DNA of 64,000 bases, taken from IMG/VR virus record IMGVR_UViG_3300049729_000039. One strand, written 5' to 3'. The translations under genes and the position numbers were made by a program. Origin of the DNA: a virus. This document shows, in pieces, positions 9,475-19,308 of this stretch. Numbering within the stretch: position 1 is the stretch's first letter; each line of letters begins with the position of its first letter. The notes under the pieces are model-generated. The model saw nothing but the letters and a program-made list of their open reading frames with translations. It was not told where the DNA came from and ran no database searches.

Positions 9475-9720
9475 CTCATTGAAAATAAAAGGTAAATGAC
9501 AAATCCCAAAAATATTAAACAACAAAAAATAATGATTAGCAAGATTCGTTTCTCTTTCATAATTTAAGTTTTGAATAAATACATTGAAGTTTCTCGTCGG
9601 TTATTGGCATTTTAATATGATGCTCGGTGCAGTAGCTTATTCCGTTGTGCCAATCACCTGAAAATAAACAGTCTTTGTGTGAGACAAGCGGAATTTCTTT
9701 GATAGGCTTTTCGGGTTTCT

Positions 9721-9996
9721 TTACTGCCATTTGCTGTCTTTAAAGGTAAACCATATCCGTTTTCTGATTTCAAGAGAGTAAGATAAGATTCCGCTTTGGC
9801 TTGTGTCTTTGGTAAGAAAGATTTTGCGTCTGATTCTTGTCTTGTAGCCTTTTTGGTTCAACATAGTTACTGCTGACTTAGTGTCAAGGTTGAAAGTCCA
9901 GATAAATGCTTTCTTACCTTTTTTGAGGTTAAACTGCCATTTGATTAGAATAGCGTTAATTTGCTCATAAGTTGAGCGGATTAATAGTTCGTTCAT
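9721..9996 (-). CDS. Hypothetical protein
   Basis: ATG ORF with the AT-rich TTAAATT-ATG-like start context shared by neighbouring genes. Confidence 0.5.
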   Translation of the reverse strand: MNELLIRSTYEQINAILIKWQFNLKKGKKAFIWTFNLDTKSAVTMLNQKGYKTRIRRKIFLTKDTSQSGILSYSLEIRKRIWFTFKDSKWQ

Positions 9997-10060
9997 AATT
10001 GAAATTTTAATTCATCTTATCCTATAAAACAATAATTTATAGAATAAGATGAAAAGTGCA

Positions 10061-10294
10061 TTAATCCCGTGATTTTATAGAAATCTTCTCAAAGGGGTTA
10101 TATACTTGCTGACAAGTAATTAAACAATCATCTTTCATTTCCAAAGTAGTGTGATTTTTTGTCACAAGGGTAGAATTTCCCTTTACCAAGAAAGTTTCGT
10201 TTATGTTATCAAGGTTAATGACGTTTTCTGCACCTTTTACATAATGCCCTTCAGTGCTTGAAGGGGCTACATTGATTTTTTCTGCTGTTTTCAT
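10061..10294 (-). CDS. Hypothetical protein
   Basis: ATG at 10294 has the aaattATG context. An alternative ATG at 10315 would overlap the upstream gene by 11 nt. Confidence 0.45.
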   Translation of the reverse strand: MKTAEKINVAPSSTEGHYVKGAENVINLDNINETFLVKGNSTLVTKNHTTLEMKDDCLITCQQVYNPFEKISIKSRD

Positions 10295-10304
10295 AATTTT
10301 AATT

Positions 10305-12845
10305 TTAATATTCATATTTCATTAATTCAAAATATTTATTGCCGGATATTGACACCAAATCTTTGATATCATTTTCATTCATTTTTTTAAGTGTTATTTT
10401 ACCCTCATCAGTTAATACGGTAGAAAATCTTTCCCCTTGTCTTTGAATGTATTTTATATTATTAACGATTTTTTGGGGAATTCTATACAACGACGCAATA
10501 GCGTCTTTTGCATTATTGAACTTAGATTCACAGGAAAGAAAAAACATACGGTCAGTACTAGGGCAGAAACATCTGACAAAGGAAAGATTTATTCCATTTA
10601 TATTCCCCCTGAATAGAGTATATACCCCAATGTTCATGCCTTTTGTGGTTCCAGCTAAAAACTGTTTATCTTTTATGTCGGTATATGAATCAACTTCCTT
10701 TAAGTTTTCTGATATAAACCTAAACAGATATTCCCCTCCATATTTTTCTTCGAAATATGCCAATATAGCAGATTTCACTTCCTCATTACCTTCTTTTGCC
10801 CAATCAGTAAACTCATATGTCTTATTTTCTAATTTCAAAAATAACACTTGAGGTATAGGCACACCTTTTATAGCGTAATATTTGTAATTTCCAAACTCAT
10901 AAGCAGGCCCGTGAACATTGTGAAGATCCCCACTGCTATCTCTGTGAAAATATTTTGCATTTTTTGTAACAAAAACAATATTCTTGAATGCTACGCAATA
11001 GCCAAAATTAATATCAACTATCTTTCTATACTGATTGAAGATCCCAGATGCATTTAAATTAAGACATTCTTTATCAAAGAAATCATAAAATGATAACCAT
11101 GCTGTATCAAATCTATCCATGAAGATGGTAGGAGAGAAATATTCAACTTTTATAGCCCTGACCTGATCCCCGACCTGATCCCTGACCTGATCCCAGACCT
11201 GATCGCTGACCTGAGCCCCGACCTGATCGCTGACCTGATCCCAGACCTGAGCCCTGACCTGAGCCCTGACCTGATCGCTGACCTGAGCCCAGACCTGAGC
11301 CCAGACCTGAGCCCTGACCTGATCGCTGACCTGAGCCCTGACCTGAGCCCTGACCTGATCGCTGACCTGAGCCCAGACCTGAGCCCCGACCTGAGCCCTG
11401 ACCTGATCGCTGACCTGAGACCTGACCTGATCGCTGACCTGAGCCCAGACCTGATCGCTGACCTGAGACCTGACCTGATCGCTGACCTGAGCCCAGACCT
11501 GAGCCCCGGCCTGATCGCTGACCTGATCCCCGACCTGAGCCCTGACCTGAGCCCTGACCTGAGCCCAGACCTGATCGCTGACCTGATCCCAGACCTGATC
11601 CCTGACCTGAGCCCTGACCTGAGCCCTGACCTGATCCCCGACCTGAGCCCAGACCTGAGCCCTGACCTGATCGCTGACCTGAGCCCAGACCTGAGCCCCG
11701 ACCTGAGCCCTGACCTGATCCCAGACCTGATCGCTGACCTGATCCCTGACCTGAGACCCGACCTGAGCCCCGACCTGAGCCCTGACCTGATCCCAGACCT
11801 GATCGCTGACCTGATCCCTGACCTGAGACCCGACCTGATCCCCGACCTGATCGCTGACCTGAGCCCTGACCTGAGCCCTGACCTGATCGCTGACCTGAGC
11901 CCTGACCTGAGCCCCGACCTGAGCCCTGACCTGATCCCAGACCTGATCGCTGACCTGAGCCCCGACCTGATCGCTGACCTGAGCCCCGACCTGAGACCTG
12001 ACCTGATCGCTGACCTGAGCCCCGACCTGAGACCTGACCTGATCGCTGACCTGAGCCCCGACCTGATCGCTGACCTGATCCCAGACCTGATCCCAGACCT
12101 GATCCCTGACCTGAGCCCTGACCTGAGCCCCGACCTGATCGCTGACCTGAGCCCCGACCTGAGCCCTGACCTGATCGCTGACCTGAGCCCTGACCTGATC
12201 GCTGACCTGAGCCCTGACCTGAGCCCCGACCTGAGCCCTGACCTGATCCCAGACCTGATCGCTGACCTGATCGCTGACCTGAGCCCCGACCTGAGCCCCG
12301 ACCTGAGCCCAGACCTGATCGCTGACCTGAGCCCCGACCTGAGACCTGACCTGATCGCTGACCTGAGCCCCGACCTGATCGCTGACCTGATCCCAGACCT
12401 GATCGCTGACCTGAGCCCCGACCTGAGACCTGACCTGATCGCTGACCTGAGCCCTGACCTGAGCCCCGACCTGAGCCCAGACCTGATCGCTGACCTGAGC
12501 CCTGACCTGATCGCTGACCTGAGCCCTGACCTGATCGCTGACCTGAGCCCTGACCTGAGCCCCGACCTGAGCCCTGACCTGATCCCAGACCTGAGCCCCG
12601 ACCTGATCGCTGACCTGAGCCCCGACCTTCATTAAGGCGATTGCAATATAGAGGTCAACAGGAGATTCCAACAGAACCACGATAGGGTGATCGTTACCGA
12701 TTTTAAATGTTTGATAAAACCAATGCATATACTCAATTAGCTCATTAGTTTTAATTTCGTTAGTATTGTTTAATACAGCATCAATATATTTTTGACGATA
12801 CTCAGCTAGTTTATTGATTTGAATTTGTGATAGTGAATTTATCAT
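10305..12845 (-). CDS. 846-aa protein: 74-aa N-terminus, 122 x (x-x-Q-V) tetrapeptide repeats, about 283-aa globular C-terminal domain
   Basis: Single uninterrupted ATG ORF. The repeat has exact 12-nt periodicity and stays in frame for 1.47 kb. The C-terminal domain contains [26 protein letters not shown] ... [21 protein letters not shown]. Confidence 0.8.
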   Translation of the reverse strand: MINSLSQIQINKLAEYRQKYIDAVLNNTNEIKTNELIEYMHWFYQTFKIGNDHPIVVLLESPVDLYIAIALMKVGAQVSDQVGAQVWDQVRAQVGAQVRAQVSDQVRAQVSDQVRAQVSDQVWAQVGAQVRAQVSDQVRSQVGAQVSDQVWDQVSDQVGAQVSDQVRSQVGAQVSDQVWAQVGAQVGAQVSDQVSDQVWDQVRAQVGAQVRAQVSDQVRAQVSDQVRAQVGAQVSDQVGAQVRAQVRDQVWDQVWDQVSDQVGAQVSDQVRSQVGAQVSDQVRSQVGAQVSDQVGAQVSDQVWDQVRAQVGAQVRAQVSDQVRAQVRAQVSDQVGDQVGSQVRDQVSDQVWDQVRAQVGAQVGSQVRDQVSDQVWDQVRAQVGAQVWAQVSDQVRAQVWAQVGDQVRAQVRAQVRDQVWDQVSDQVWAQVRAQVRAQVGDQVSDQAGAQVWAQVSDQVRSQVSDQVWAQVSDQVRSQVSDQVRAQVGAQVWAQVSDQVRAQVRAQVSDQVRAQVWAQVWAQVSDQVRAQVRAQVWDQVSDQVGAQVSDQVWDQVRDQVGDQVRAIKVEYFSPTIFMDRFDTAWLSFYDFFDKECLNLNASGIFNQYRKIVDINFGYCVAFKNIVFVTKNAKYFHRDSSGDLHNVHGPAYEFGNYKYYAIKGVPIPQVLFLKLENKTYEFTDWAKEGNEEVKSAILAYFEEKYGGEYLFRFISENLKEVDSYTDIKDKQFLAGTTKGMNIGVYTLFRGNINGINLSFVRCFCPSTDRMFFLSCESKFNNAKDAIASLYRIPQKIVNNIKYIQRQGERFSTVLTDEGKITLKKMNENDIKDLVSISGNKYFELMKYEY
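11154..12623 (-). repeat. 12-bp tandem array, about 122.5 units (plus strand GACCTGA[G/T]C[C/G]C[C/T/A] types)
   Basis: Unit types (coding strand): GGG/AGG/TGG/AGC + GCT/GAT/TCT + CAG GTC. The CAG-GTC part is invariant except for one GCC near 11508. The array is GC-rich within an AT-rich genome. Confidence 0.95.
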
Positions 12846-12923
12846 AATAATTAATTAAAAAGTGTGTAAATTTACTGATAAAAATAACATAAAAGCAAGC
12901 AATTGTGTAATTTATAAAGATTC

Positions 12924-13133
12924 TTAATAGTCAGAAAGGAACTCAGACGCTTTGTAGTTTTCAGGTCTGGCTTTTATCCCTTCCTGCCTATATTTACAGC
13001 ATTCAATTTTATATCTGACGTTTGCCAGCTCACTTTGTAAGCAGCAATATTCCCTTACCGTACACTTTGCAATAGCATCTTCAAGTTTAGATTCCTTGAT
13101 GATTAGCTGTTTTAGTTTCTCTTCATCTGACAT
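12924..13133 (-). CDS. Hypothetical protein
   Basis: ATG at 13133 (MSDEEKL...); the track start at 13160 is not an ATG. Confidence 0.45.
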   Translation of the reverse strand: MSDEEKLKQLIIKESKLEDAIAKCTVREYCCLQSELANVRYKIECCKYRQEGIKARPENYKASEFLSDY

Positions 13134-13237
13134 GGTTGTGGCCCTGTGATTCGTTAGCACTTGAGAGCGTTTTGTTTTTTAGGGGGGCACTGTAAAGAAG
13201 TCCCGAATAGCTTTTCTTACTTTGCTATAGATTTTTT

Positions 13238-13432
13238 TCATAGCGTAAAATTATTAAACAGTTCAATTTCTTTTTGTTTTAAAATCTCGTTTAGCATGAT
13301 CATACAGCCATCTTCATCGGTCACGTAGTATATTGTCTTAAATAGAGACAAAAGTTCGTTACAGGGCTTTATTTGCTGTAGTATCACACAGCTCTCAATA
13401 ACCTTTTTGATTTTCTCGAATGAAGCTCTCAT
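13238..13432 (-). CDS. Hypothetical protein
   Basis: ATG ORF overlapping the upstream stop. Confidence 0.45.
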   Translation of the reverse strand: MRASFEKIKKVIESCVILQQIKPCNELLSLFKTIYYVTDEDGCMIMLNEILKQKEIELFNNFTL

Positions 13433-13662
13433 AGGTACAGATTATCACGGTGAATTAAAACGCCATTTATTTCAACAAATGTAATGTTTCCCAGCTTGTC
13501 AGTACAAATATTATTGACTTCGCCTTTGATTTTAGAGCTATTTGAGTAGTAAGACGCTTTCATGCCCACTTTGAGATTTTTTACAAACTTCTCTCTTCTG
13601 TTTGCGCTGTAAAGATATGAAATGATACATATTATTACAAGTGGAATAATTATATACTTCAT
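13429..13662 (-). CDS. Small N-terminally anchored protein
   Basis: MKYIIIPLVIICIISYLY hydrophobic N-terminus. Confidence 0.5.
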   Translation of the reverse strand: MKYIIIPLVIICIISYLYSANRREKFVKNLKVGMKASYYSNSSKIKGEVNNICTDKLGNITFVEINGVLIHRDNLYL

Positions 13663-13981
13663 TTTACATTTTTAAGTGATTTTAAAAATTCATTTGTCAT
13701 ACTGATTGCTACTTTATGAGCAAAAATAGCATCGCAGTCTTTTTGCGTGTACGTGTTCTTTTGCAAAATAGCGTAAAGTTTCGCTTCGTGTACTTCTTTG
13801 CGCTTTTCGTATTCTAAAATTAGGTTTTCGATTGTCATAATTTAAAATTTAGTTTGCTTCTGATTCCTGCTTAAGATTAAGATTAATAAAACTACAATTA
13901 AAGTGAATACAATAACGGTCATTGACTTTGTAATGAATGCCCAGCTAATTACCAAGCAAATAGACAAATAAAATAGGTTTT

Positions 13982-14329
13982 TCATACCTCTTTTTGTGTT
14001 AAATTATACTCTCTAATCTTTTCATTTACAATATGAATATTATCATGATGTGTCTTGCAATGATCATCAAAACACATCATCACTTCTAATCTAGCGGTAT
14101 CTTCTCTAATAGTTTTGAAAAGATCATCATGCTGAATACAAAATCTTGCTTGGTACTCAGTAGGAATATAAGATCCTCCGGCTGTCTCATAATCAAAATT
14201 ACTCTTACTTCGTCTTTTGCCGGCTTTCTCTTGCTTTGCAGTGTAATATTCTGCCTGTCCTACTGGGGTACTCATTCTTTCTTTAAATGCTGCCCTTTGG
14301 CTTGCGTTTGGTTTCCATTTGTAGCTCAT
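13982..14329 (-). CDS. Hypothetical protein
   Basis: 115-aa ATG ORF. No motif recognised. Confidence 0.5.
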   Translation of the reverse strand: MSYKWKPNASQRAAFKERMSTPVGQAEYYTAKQEKAGKRRSKSNFDYETAGGSYIPTEYQARFCIQHDDLFKTIREDTARLEVMMCFDDHCKTHHDNIHIVNEKIREYNLTQKEV

Positions 14330-14495
14330 GGCTTTGATTTTTGAATGTATACAATTTCAAACTCAATCATATCAATAGATGTATTAATATGCCATATTAC
14401 TGCATCTATATTGCTGTTTGTTATGTTTAACAACATAGCTTTTGAATTTAATAGGCTGTTTCTAACCTTCTCTAATTCCTTTATTTTTGTGGTTT

Positions 14496-14747
14496 TCATT
14501 TCATTATTTTTTTAACTATTTCCAAATTATATCCCAGTCCTGAAAGTTCATTAAATAAGTCGTTATACTCTTCAGGAGAAGCTAACTTTGTAGATTGAAC
14601 AATTCCTTTACTTGCTGTCCCGTGCTGTCCTACGTGCATGTATGACATAATTAGATAACTTTCGGGCATTTCAGGAAACAAGGCAATTACTTCGCCGTCT
14701 GGAAACTTCCTGAATATTACTTTCGTTTTTTCGGTATCTTTTTTCAT
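14496..14747 (-). CDS. Hypothetical protein
   Basis: ATG ORF, 1 nt from the upstream stop. Confidence 0.5.
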   Translation of the reverse strand: MKKDTEKTKVIFRKFPDGEVIALFPEMPESYLIMSYMHVGQHGTASKGIVQSTKLASPEEYNDLFNELSGLGYNLEIVKKIMK

Positions 14748-14748
14748 T

Positions 14749-14949
14749 TTATTGTTCGTATAATAATTTAAAAGTTGAGTTTTTGTAAAAGTTTGTAAAT
14801 GAATATACTTTAAAGTGTTCGTAGTTTAATGATTTCATTCTATTGATAACACCTTTCAAGGTTTTCAGGTCCTTTGTTATGTGTTTCCCTTCGCTTCCTG
14901 CTGATTCATTACCCAATGTCTCAACACCCTTGTAGCTGTAAAAATTCAT
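14749..14949 (-). CDS. Hypothetical protein
   Basis: The ATG at 14949 is preceded by the same 22-nt leader (attcacttttaaattaaacgac) as the next gene. The track start at 14985 is an alternative. Confidence 0.45.
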   Translation of the reverse strand: MNFYSYKGVETLGNESAGSEGKHITKDLKTLKGVINRMKSLNYEHFKVYSFTNFYKNSTFKLLYEQ

Positions 14950-14981
14950 GTCGTTTAATTTAAAAGTGAATTGGTAGGTTT

Positions 14982-15242
14982 TCATTTTATTTGATGTAAA
15001 TGTTTTATGATTTGCTTTGCGTTTGCAATTTCATTTTGAAAATACTCAATATCTTTTGAAATAAACTTTTGATCTTTTTTATTGAGTGTATCAAAATGTT
15101 TTTTACGATCATCAATATGATGTAAATTCATTGTAATTTCAATCATATAATCATAGATTAACTCTTCTTTTGTTTGATAGACCTTTTCAAATGTTTGATC
15201 TACTTCTTTGATACGTGCTAAAAATGCTGTATCCCTGTCCAT
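14982..15242 (-). CDS. Hypothetical helical protein
   Basis: ATG ORF with the conserved leader attcacttttaaattaaacgac upstream. Confidence 0.5.
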   Translation of the reverse strand: MDRDTAFLARIKEVDQTFEKVYQTKEELIYDYMIEITMNLHHIDDRKKHFDTLNKKDQKFISKDIEYFQNEIANAKQIIKHLHQIK

Positions 15243-15304
15243 TTTGTCGTTTAATTTAAAAGTGAATAATGTATTGTTAATTTAAAATCGTTCGTTATAT
15301 GTGT

Positions 15305-15676
15305 TTATATTCCGTTTGGTAACTCAACATCTAAGGCATAACCCAAAGTATCATAAAAATACTCTTTTGTTTGGTTTATGTCCTTGCCTGTTATTTTCAT
15401 ATCATAGCCGGAAAACGTAGGAAGTAAAATAACTTTGTGTTCAGTCCATCCAATGTAATAACCATTTTCATTCATGTGATGGAAAGAGAAATTTAAAACT
15501 ACTTTCTTTTCTCCTGATTCCTTAATATTAATTTCACATCCTGAGTCAAATCCACTACCGGAGGGTAATAAATCCCGTAGTTTATCTAAATTATCAATAC
15601 ACTGATCAATAAATTTATCATTGACTGTTTTATACCATTGACAATTTTTTGCAATTTCTGAAATAACTGTTTTCAT
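15305..15676 (-). CDS. Hypothetical protein
   Basis: 123-aa ATG ORF with the TTAAATTATG start context. Confidence 0.55.
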   Translation of the reverse strand: MKTVISEIAKNCQWYKTVNDKFIDQCIDNLDKLRDLLPSGSGFDSGCEINIKESGEKKVVLNFSFHHMNENGYYIGWTEHKVILLPTFSGYDMKITGKDINQTKEYFYDTLGYALDVELPNGI

Positions 15677-15773
15677 AATTTAAGTTTTTAAGATTAATTT
15701 AAAAGTATTTTTTGTTTAATCGGCATTCCTGCCGACCTATCACAATTTATAAGGAATTTAGACCTTAATACTT

Positions 15774-16172
15774 TTATTCGTCAAACATTCTGCAAACTTC
15801 TTCTGCTGCAAACCATGCCAAAACGTTTGTAATTGTCCCTTGCTCACATTTTACACCTCCTAAATATCTATAAAGGTCTTTTTTATCGTCCGAATCTGCC
15901 GGATTATTACGGAACACTCCAAAAGAACAAACCATATTAACAACATCTTCTCCCATTGAATCGGCTGAATCTTCAAGCATTTTAATAATATGCTTTCTGT
16001 AAGTCATTGCAAATTTATGCGTATCATAATAATAAATAAAACCAGAATAACCTCCATCAATTCCGTGATTGTTTACATCTTCGATAGAATCTTTTCCGAT
16101 TCTGCTTACTACTGCATTAATTAAGACTTTGTAGTCTGAATTTTCTCTAATAACTTGTGCAATTGTTTTCAT
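15774..16172 (-). CDS. Hypothetical protein (N-terminus paralogous to 16287..16589)
   Basis: MKTIAQVIRENSDYKVLINAV compared with MKTIQETIKESGSYKSIMNIV in the neighbouring gene. Confidence 0.55.
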   Translation of the reverse strand: MKTIAQVIRENSDYKVLINAVVSRIGKDSIEDVNNHGIDGGYSGFIYYYDTHKFAMTYRKHIIKMLEDSADSMGEDVVNMVCSFGVFRNNPADSDDKKDLYRYLGGVKCEQGTITNVLAWFAAEEVCRMFDE

Positions 16173-16286
16173 AATTTAAGATTTTGAATTATTAATACTC
16201 GTTAGGTAATTCAACGGTTTTGGTTTGTTTGGTTAAGACCCCTTGCGGGGTTTCGTCTTAATTTTCAAAGACTCTTCAGTTAACCT

Positions 16287-16589
16287 TTACAATACTAAAT
16301 TTGAATTTTCAACAAATTGATTTTCGTGGTAAAGTTCTGATTTATGAACGTGTCCCAGGTTTGCACATTTTGCGTAATTATGTCTCCCGTGCCCTGATTC
16401 AATTTGAACAAAAACAAACCCTTTTATTATTTTTATTTGTCCCACTCCGCCCGATCCCATTGCTTTTTCCTCTATATTGTCAAAACCTATTTCTTTTTCA
16501 CGATCAATAACACGTTTATTGGCATTCACGATGTTCATAATTGATTTATATGAACCGCTTTCTTTGATTGTTTCTTGAATAGTTTTCAT
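16287..16589 (-). CDS. Hypothetical protein (N-terminus paralogous to 15774..16172)
   Basis: Shared N-terminal 20 aa; ATG ORF. Confidence 0.5.
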   Translation of the reverse strand: MKTIQETIKESGSYKSIMNIVNANKRVIDREKEIGFDNIEEKAMGSGGVGQIKIIKGFVFVQIESGHGRHNYAKCANLGHVHKSELYHENQFVENSNLVL

Positions 16590-17363
16590 GGCTTTAAATT
16601 TTATGATTAATTACCTAACCCCATATAGAAAAAAAAGATAAAACCTGCTTTGTTGTTTGCTTTTACTGTTGTATTTATAGGCTGTTGATTTTGCCCCTAT
16701 TTCAGATAGTCCATGTTTTTTGCAATATTTATAAACTTGCATCCAATTCATTTTTCCGAACATTTTAATTAAGTTTTTCATGGTTTAAAATATTAATAGG
16801 TTAATAATTTAAAAGTATGTATAACTGATTAGCTGATAACGAATGAATAAATAAAGTATATGCAATTGATAAAATAAGAATAGCTAATATACTTGTTATT
16901 GTGTTCGGGTAACGGTTTATAAGTGCTTTCATTTTACTTCAAGTTTTAAAATTATATTTGAAAGGGTTTCGGGAAAAATAACAATTCCTTTGAAGATTAC
17001 ATAAACATCTTTTGTCTTTTCTAATTTACGTAATTCAGGGAGATCAAAAAACGTAATTAGCCGTTCCGTTGTTTTACCTTTATTTATTGTTAATGTTTTC
17101 ATGTGATATAATTTTAAAATGTTTGAATTAAGAATACTGTAAATTTAATATTGAATTTAACGTTGTCAACAGTTTTTGTTATTTATAATGAAAATAATTT
17201 GATTATGTATATCAATTAGTTAGGTCATTGTTTAGACTAAATAAAGATAAGGAAGTCAAATATATAGAGTAAAATGTAAAAAAGTCGCCCCTTTTTTGAC
17301 CAGTGCACAAAAAAACGTAAAATAAACATTATCTACATTATTTATATTTAATATAAATAACAC

Positions 17364-17394
17364 TTGTATAATAGATTAAAAAGAACTATCTTTG
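17364..17394 (+). promoter_or_regulatory. Orphan Bacteroidota-type promoter (TTG-N20-TATCTTTG) with no downstream ORF
   Basis: cacTTGtataatagattaaaaagaacTATCTTTG. The next roughly 370 nt on the + strand are A-rich and ORF-free. Confidence 0.5.
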
Positions 17395-17723
17395 TATTTG
17401 TTCATTGAATATCTGAAAAAAAAACGACAATAATATAGATAGGGAATTACCCGACCAAAAAACGTACATTGAAACGTTGAGAAGTTAAAAGGCCAAAATA
17501 CCAGGAAACCGGCTAAATTAAAACCAGATCAAAACAGTGATCTAAATACTGAGGTGATGCAATCAGATAAAACAATCTAACAAATGTTAATCCGATTAAG
17601 GTATAAAGAGACTACAAACAGAGTAAACAAGCTAAAAGCACACTAATATCGTTTTAACAGTAAAATTAAACAGTATAACAGTGAAGCAATTTAGTTTTAT
17701 AAGATTGTAGAGAGGTTAAGACA

Positions 17724-17767
17724 TAAAAAAAGCCCTCATAGTTGAGAGCTTACAATATTGAGAGGGT
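17724..17767 (-). terminator. Possible terminator after gene 17774..17977
   Basis: ccctc/gaggg stem with a large loop, followed on the minus strand by CTTTTTTT. The stem is weak. Confidence 0.35.
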
Positions 17768-17773
17768 GGAAAA

Positions 17774-17977
17774 CTAATTACCAATGAATGAGTCAAATGT
17801 TTTCGGGTATGCTCTTTTTAGATACTCCCTATCAAGCCAGAAAAATATCTGTGCTTTCTTTGTCTTACTTGGAAATTGGGGATTAACCTCAACCCGACAT
17901 TTTTTGTCTGAACGATAAAGGATATTTTTAATTTTATATCCATTATGCAATGCTGAATTTAATGTTCTTGGTGTCAT
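17774..17977 (-). CDS. Hypothetical basic protein
   Basis: 67-aa ATG ORF followed by a U-tract hairpin. Confidence 0.5.
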   Translation of the reverse strand: MTPRTLNSALHNGYKIKNILYRSDKKCRVEVNPQFPSKTKKAQIFFWLDREYLKRAYPKTFDSFIGN

Positions 17978-18147
17978 ATAATTTAATTTAAAAAGGTTAA
18001 TAGGTAAGGATTAAAGGTTAATTAAAGAATGAGTGAAATTTTTTAACCAAAATTAAAAATTGTTTCTTGCTTATGTTTTTAATTTTGTATTTTATTGGGA
18101 GTTTAACAACTTTCACATAGTTAATCCCATCGCTACTTGCCATATAT

Positions 18148-18321
18148 TTAGTTTTTAACATATTCACGGGTATTTATATTCTTAAATAAATCCTCATCAT
18201 TGGCATTTGTGCCCATATACATATAATTACCAGCGTAATTAATAGCCGAAGGGTTTAAACTTAATACATTTGATTTAATAGCTGCATTAAATGCGTGTTC
18301 TGGGTTTCGGTAAGTGTTCAT
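18148..18321 (-). CDS. Hypothetical protein
   Basis: ATG at 18321, preceded by the ttttttaaattaaacacg leader; the track start at 18363 is upstream of it. Confidence 0.45.
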   Translation of the reverse strand: MNTYRNPEHAFNAAIKSNVLSLNPSAINYAGNYMYMGTNANDEDLFKNINTREYVKN

Positions 18322-18461
18322 CGTGTTTAATTTAAAAAATGAATAAATAATAATAACACACAAATGTATGTTATTAAATAAACAAAAGTCAATAGATAAG
18401 TAACATTTAGAAACTGTCTAAATAAGCAAGTGACTGATAATTAAAGATAAGATGATGTAAT

Positions 18462-18791
18462 TTATTTTGATTCTAAATTAGATAATTGTTCGTCTATGTA
18501 GTTTATGACTTCAATAGAGTAAGAAGTGAAACAAAATGTATCAGTAGAGACACGAATTAATAAGTTTAATTTAATCAAAGAATTAATAACTGTACTAATT
18601 GAACCTTTCGAAATTGTCCAACCGATCACATATCTACTGATATATGCCTTATTATCCCTTTTATATTGCATATAAGAGTAGTAAAGGATATATAGGTAGT
18701 ATTGTTTGATTTTAAGTTTGATTGCAGTAGAGCGAATATAAAAGGCTAATTTAGCAAAATATTCTACACTATATAATGTTTGTTCGTTCAT
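18462..18791 (-). CDS. Possible winged-helix DNA-binding protein
   Basis: ISRYVIGWTISKGSISTVINSLIKLNLLIRVS looks like an HTH recognition-helix plus wing. It is the first gene after a 0.5-kb ORF-poor region. Confidence 0.4.
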   Translation of the reverse strand: MNEQTLYSVEYFAKLAFYIRSTAIKLKIKQYYLYILYYSYMQYKRDNKAYISRYVIGWTISKGSISTVINSLIKLNLLIRVSTDTFCFTSYSIEVINYIDEQLSNLESK

Positions 18792-19308
18792 AATCTTATT
18801 TAAAGTAATATCAAATTGATATCATTTGACATGTAGTATTAATTACATTTAAGGAGCCAAACAGACAAAAGTGTAAAGAAATTATACACTTTATCATATT
18901 CCTGGCTTGCCTCTGATTGTATCATTGTGTTTTAACTTGTTTATATTCAATTGTCAGGCACATATCACAGTGAGAAGTTGTCGCAATAATAAATATTATG
19001 TTAACTAGGTCCATTGTGAGTAGTTTTTACCCCTGTCATACTGTCATATCTTTGCGTGTTATCCATTTGCTTGTTGTGTTGTGTTTGTGTATCAACATGT
19101 TAAGACGTCCGTTTATGATAGATTGTGCATACATTAGAAGCGTTATAAATAACATAACATTGCTTTGTGGCTTTGTATTTATCGTAGACCTTTGTTTGTC
19201 ATTGTGTTGCGTTGTTATGTGGAACGATTCCAAATAATGAGGGGTGGGGTGTTGCAAAGTCCGATTTTCGTTTGACCGACCCCCGGCTGAATAATCTATT
19301 AAGTCCCT

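Noticed and set aside
11154-12623. Tandem repeat array that might be mistaken for a CRISPR array
   Set aside because: The period is only 12 bp, with no unique spacers. The array stays in frame within one long ORF and encodes a regular tetrapeptide repeat.
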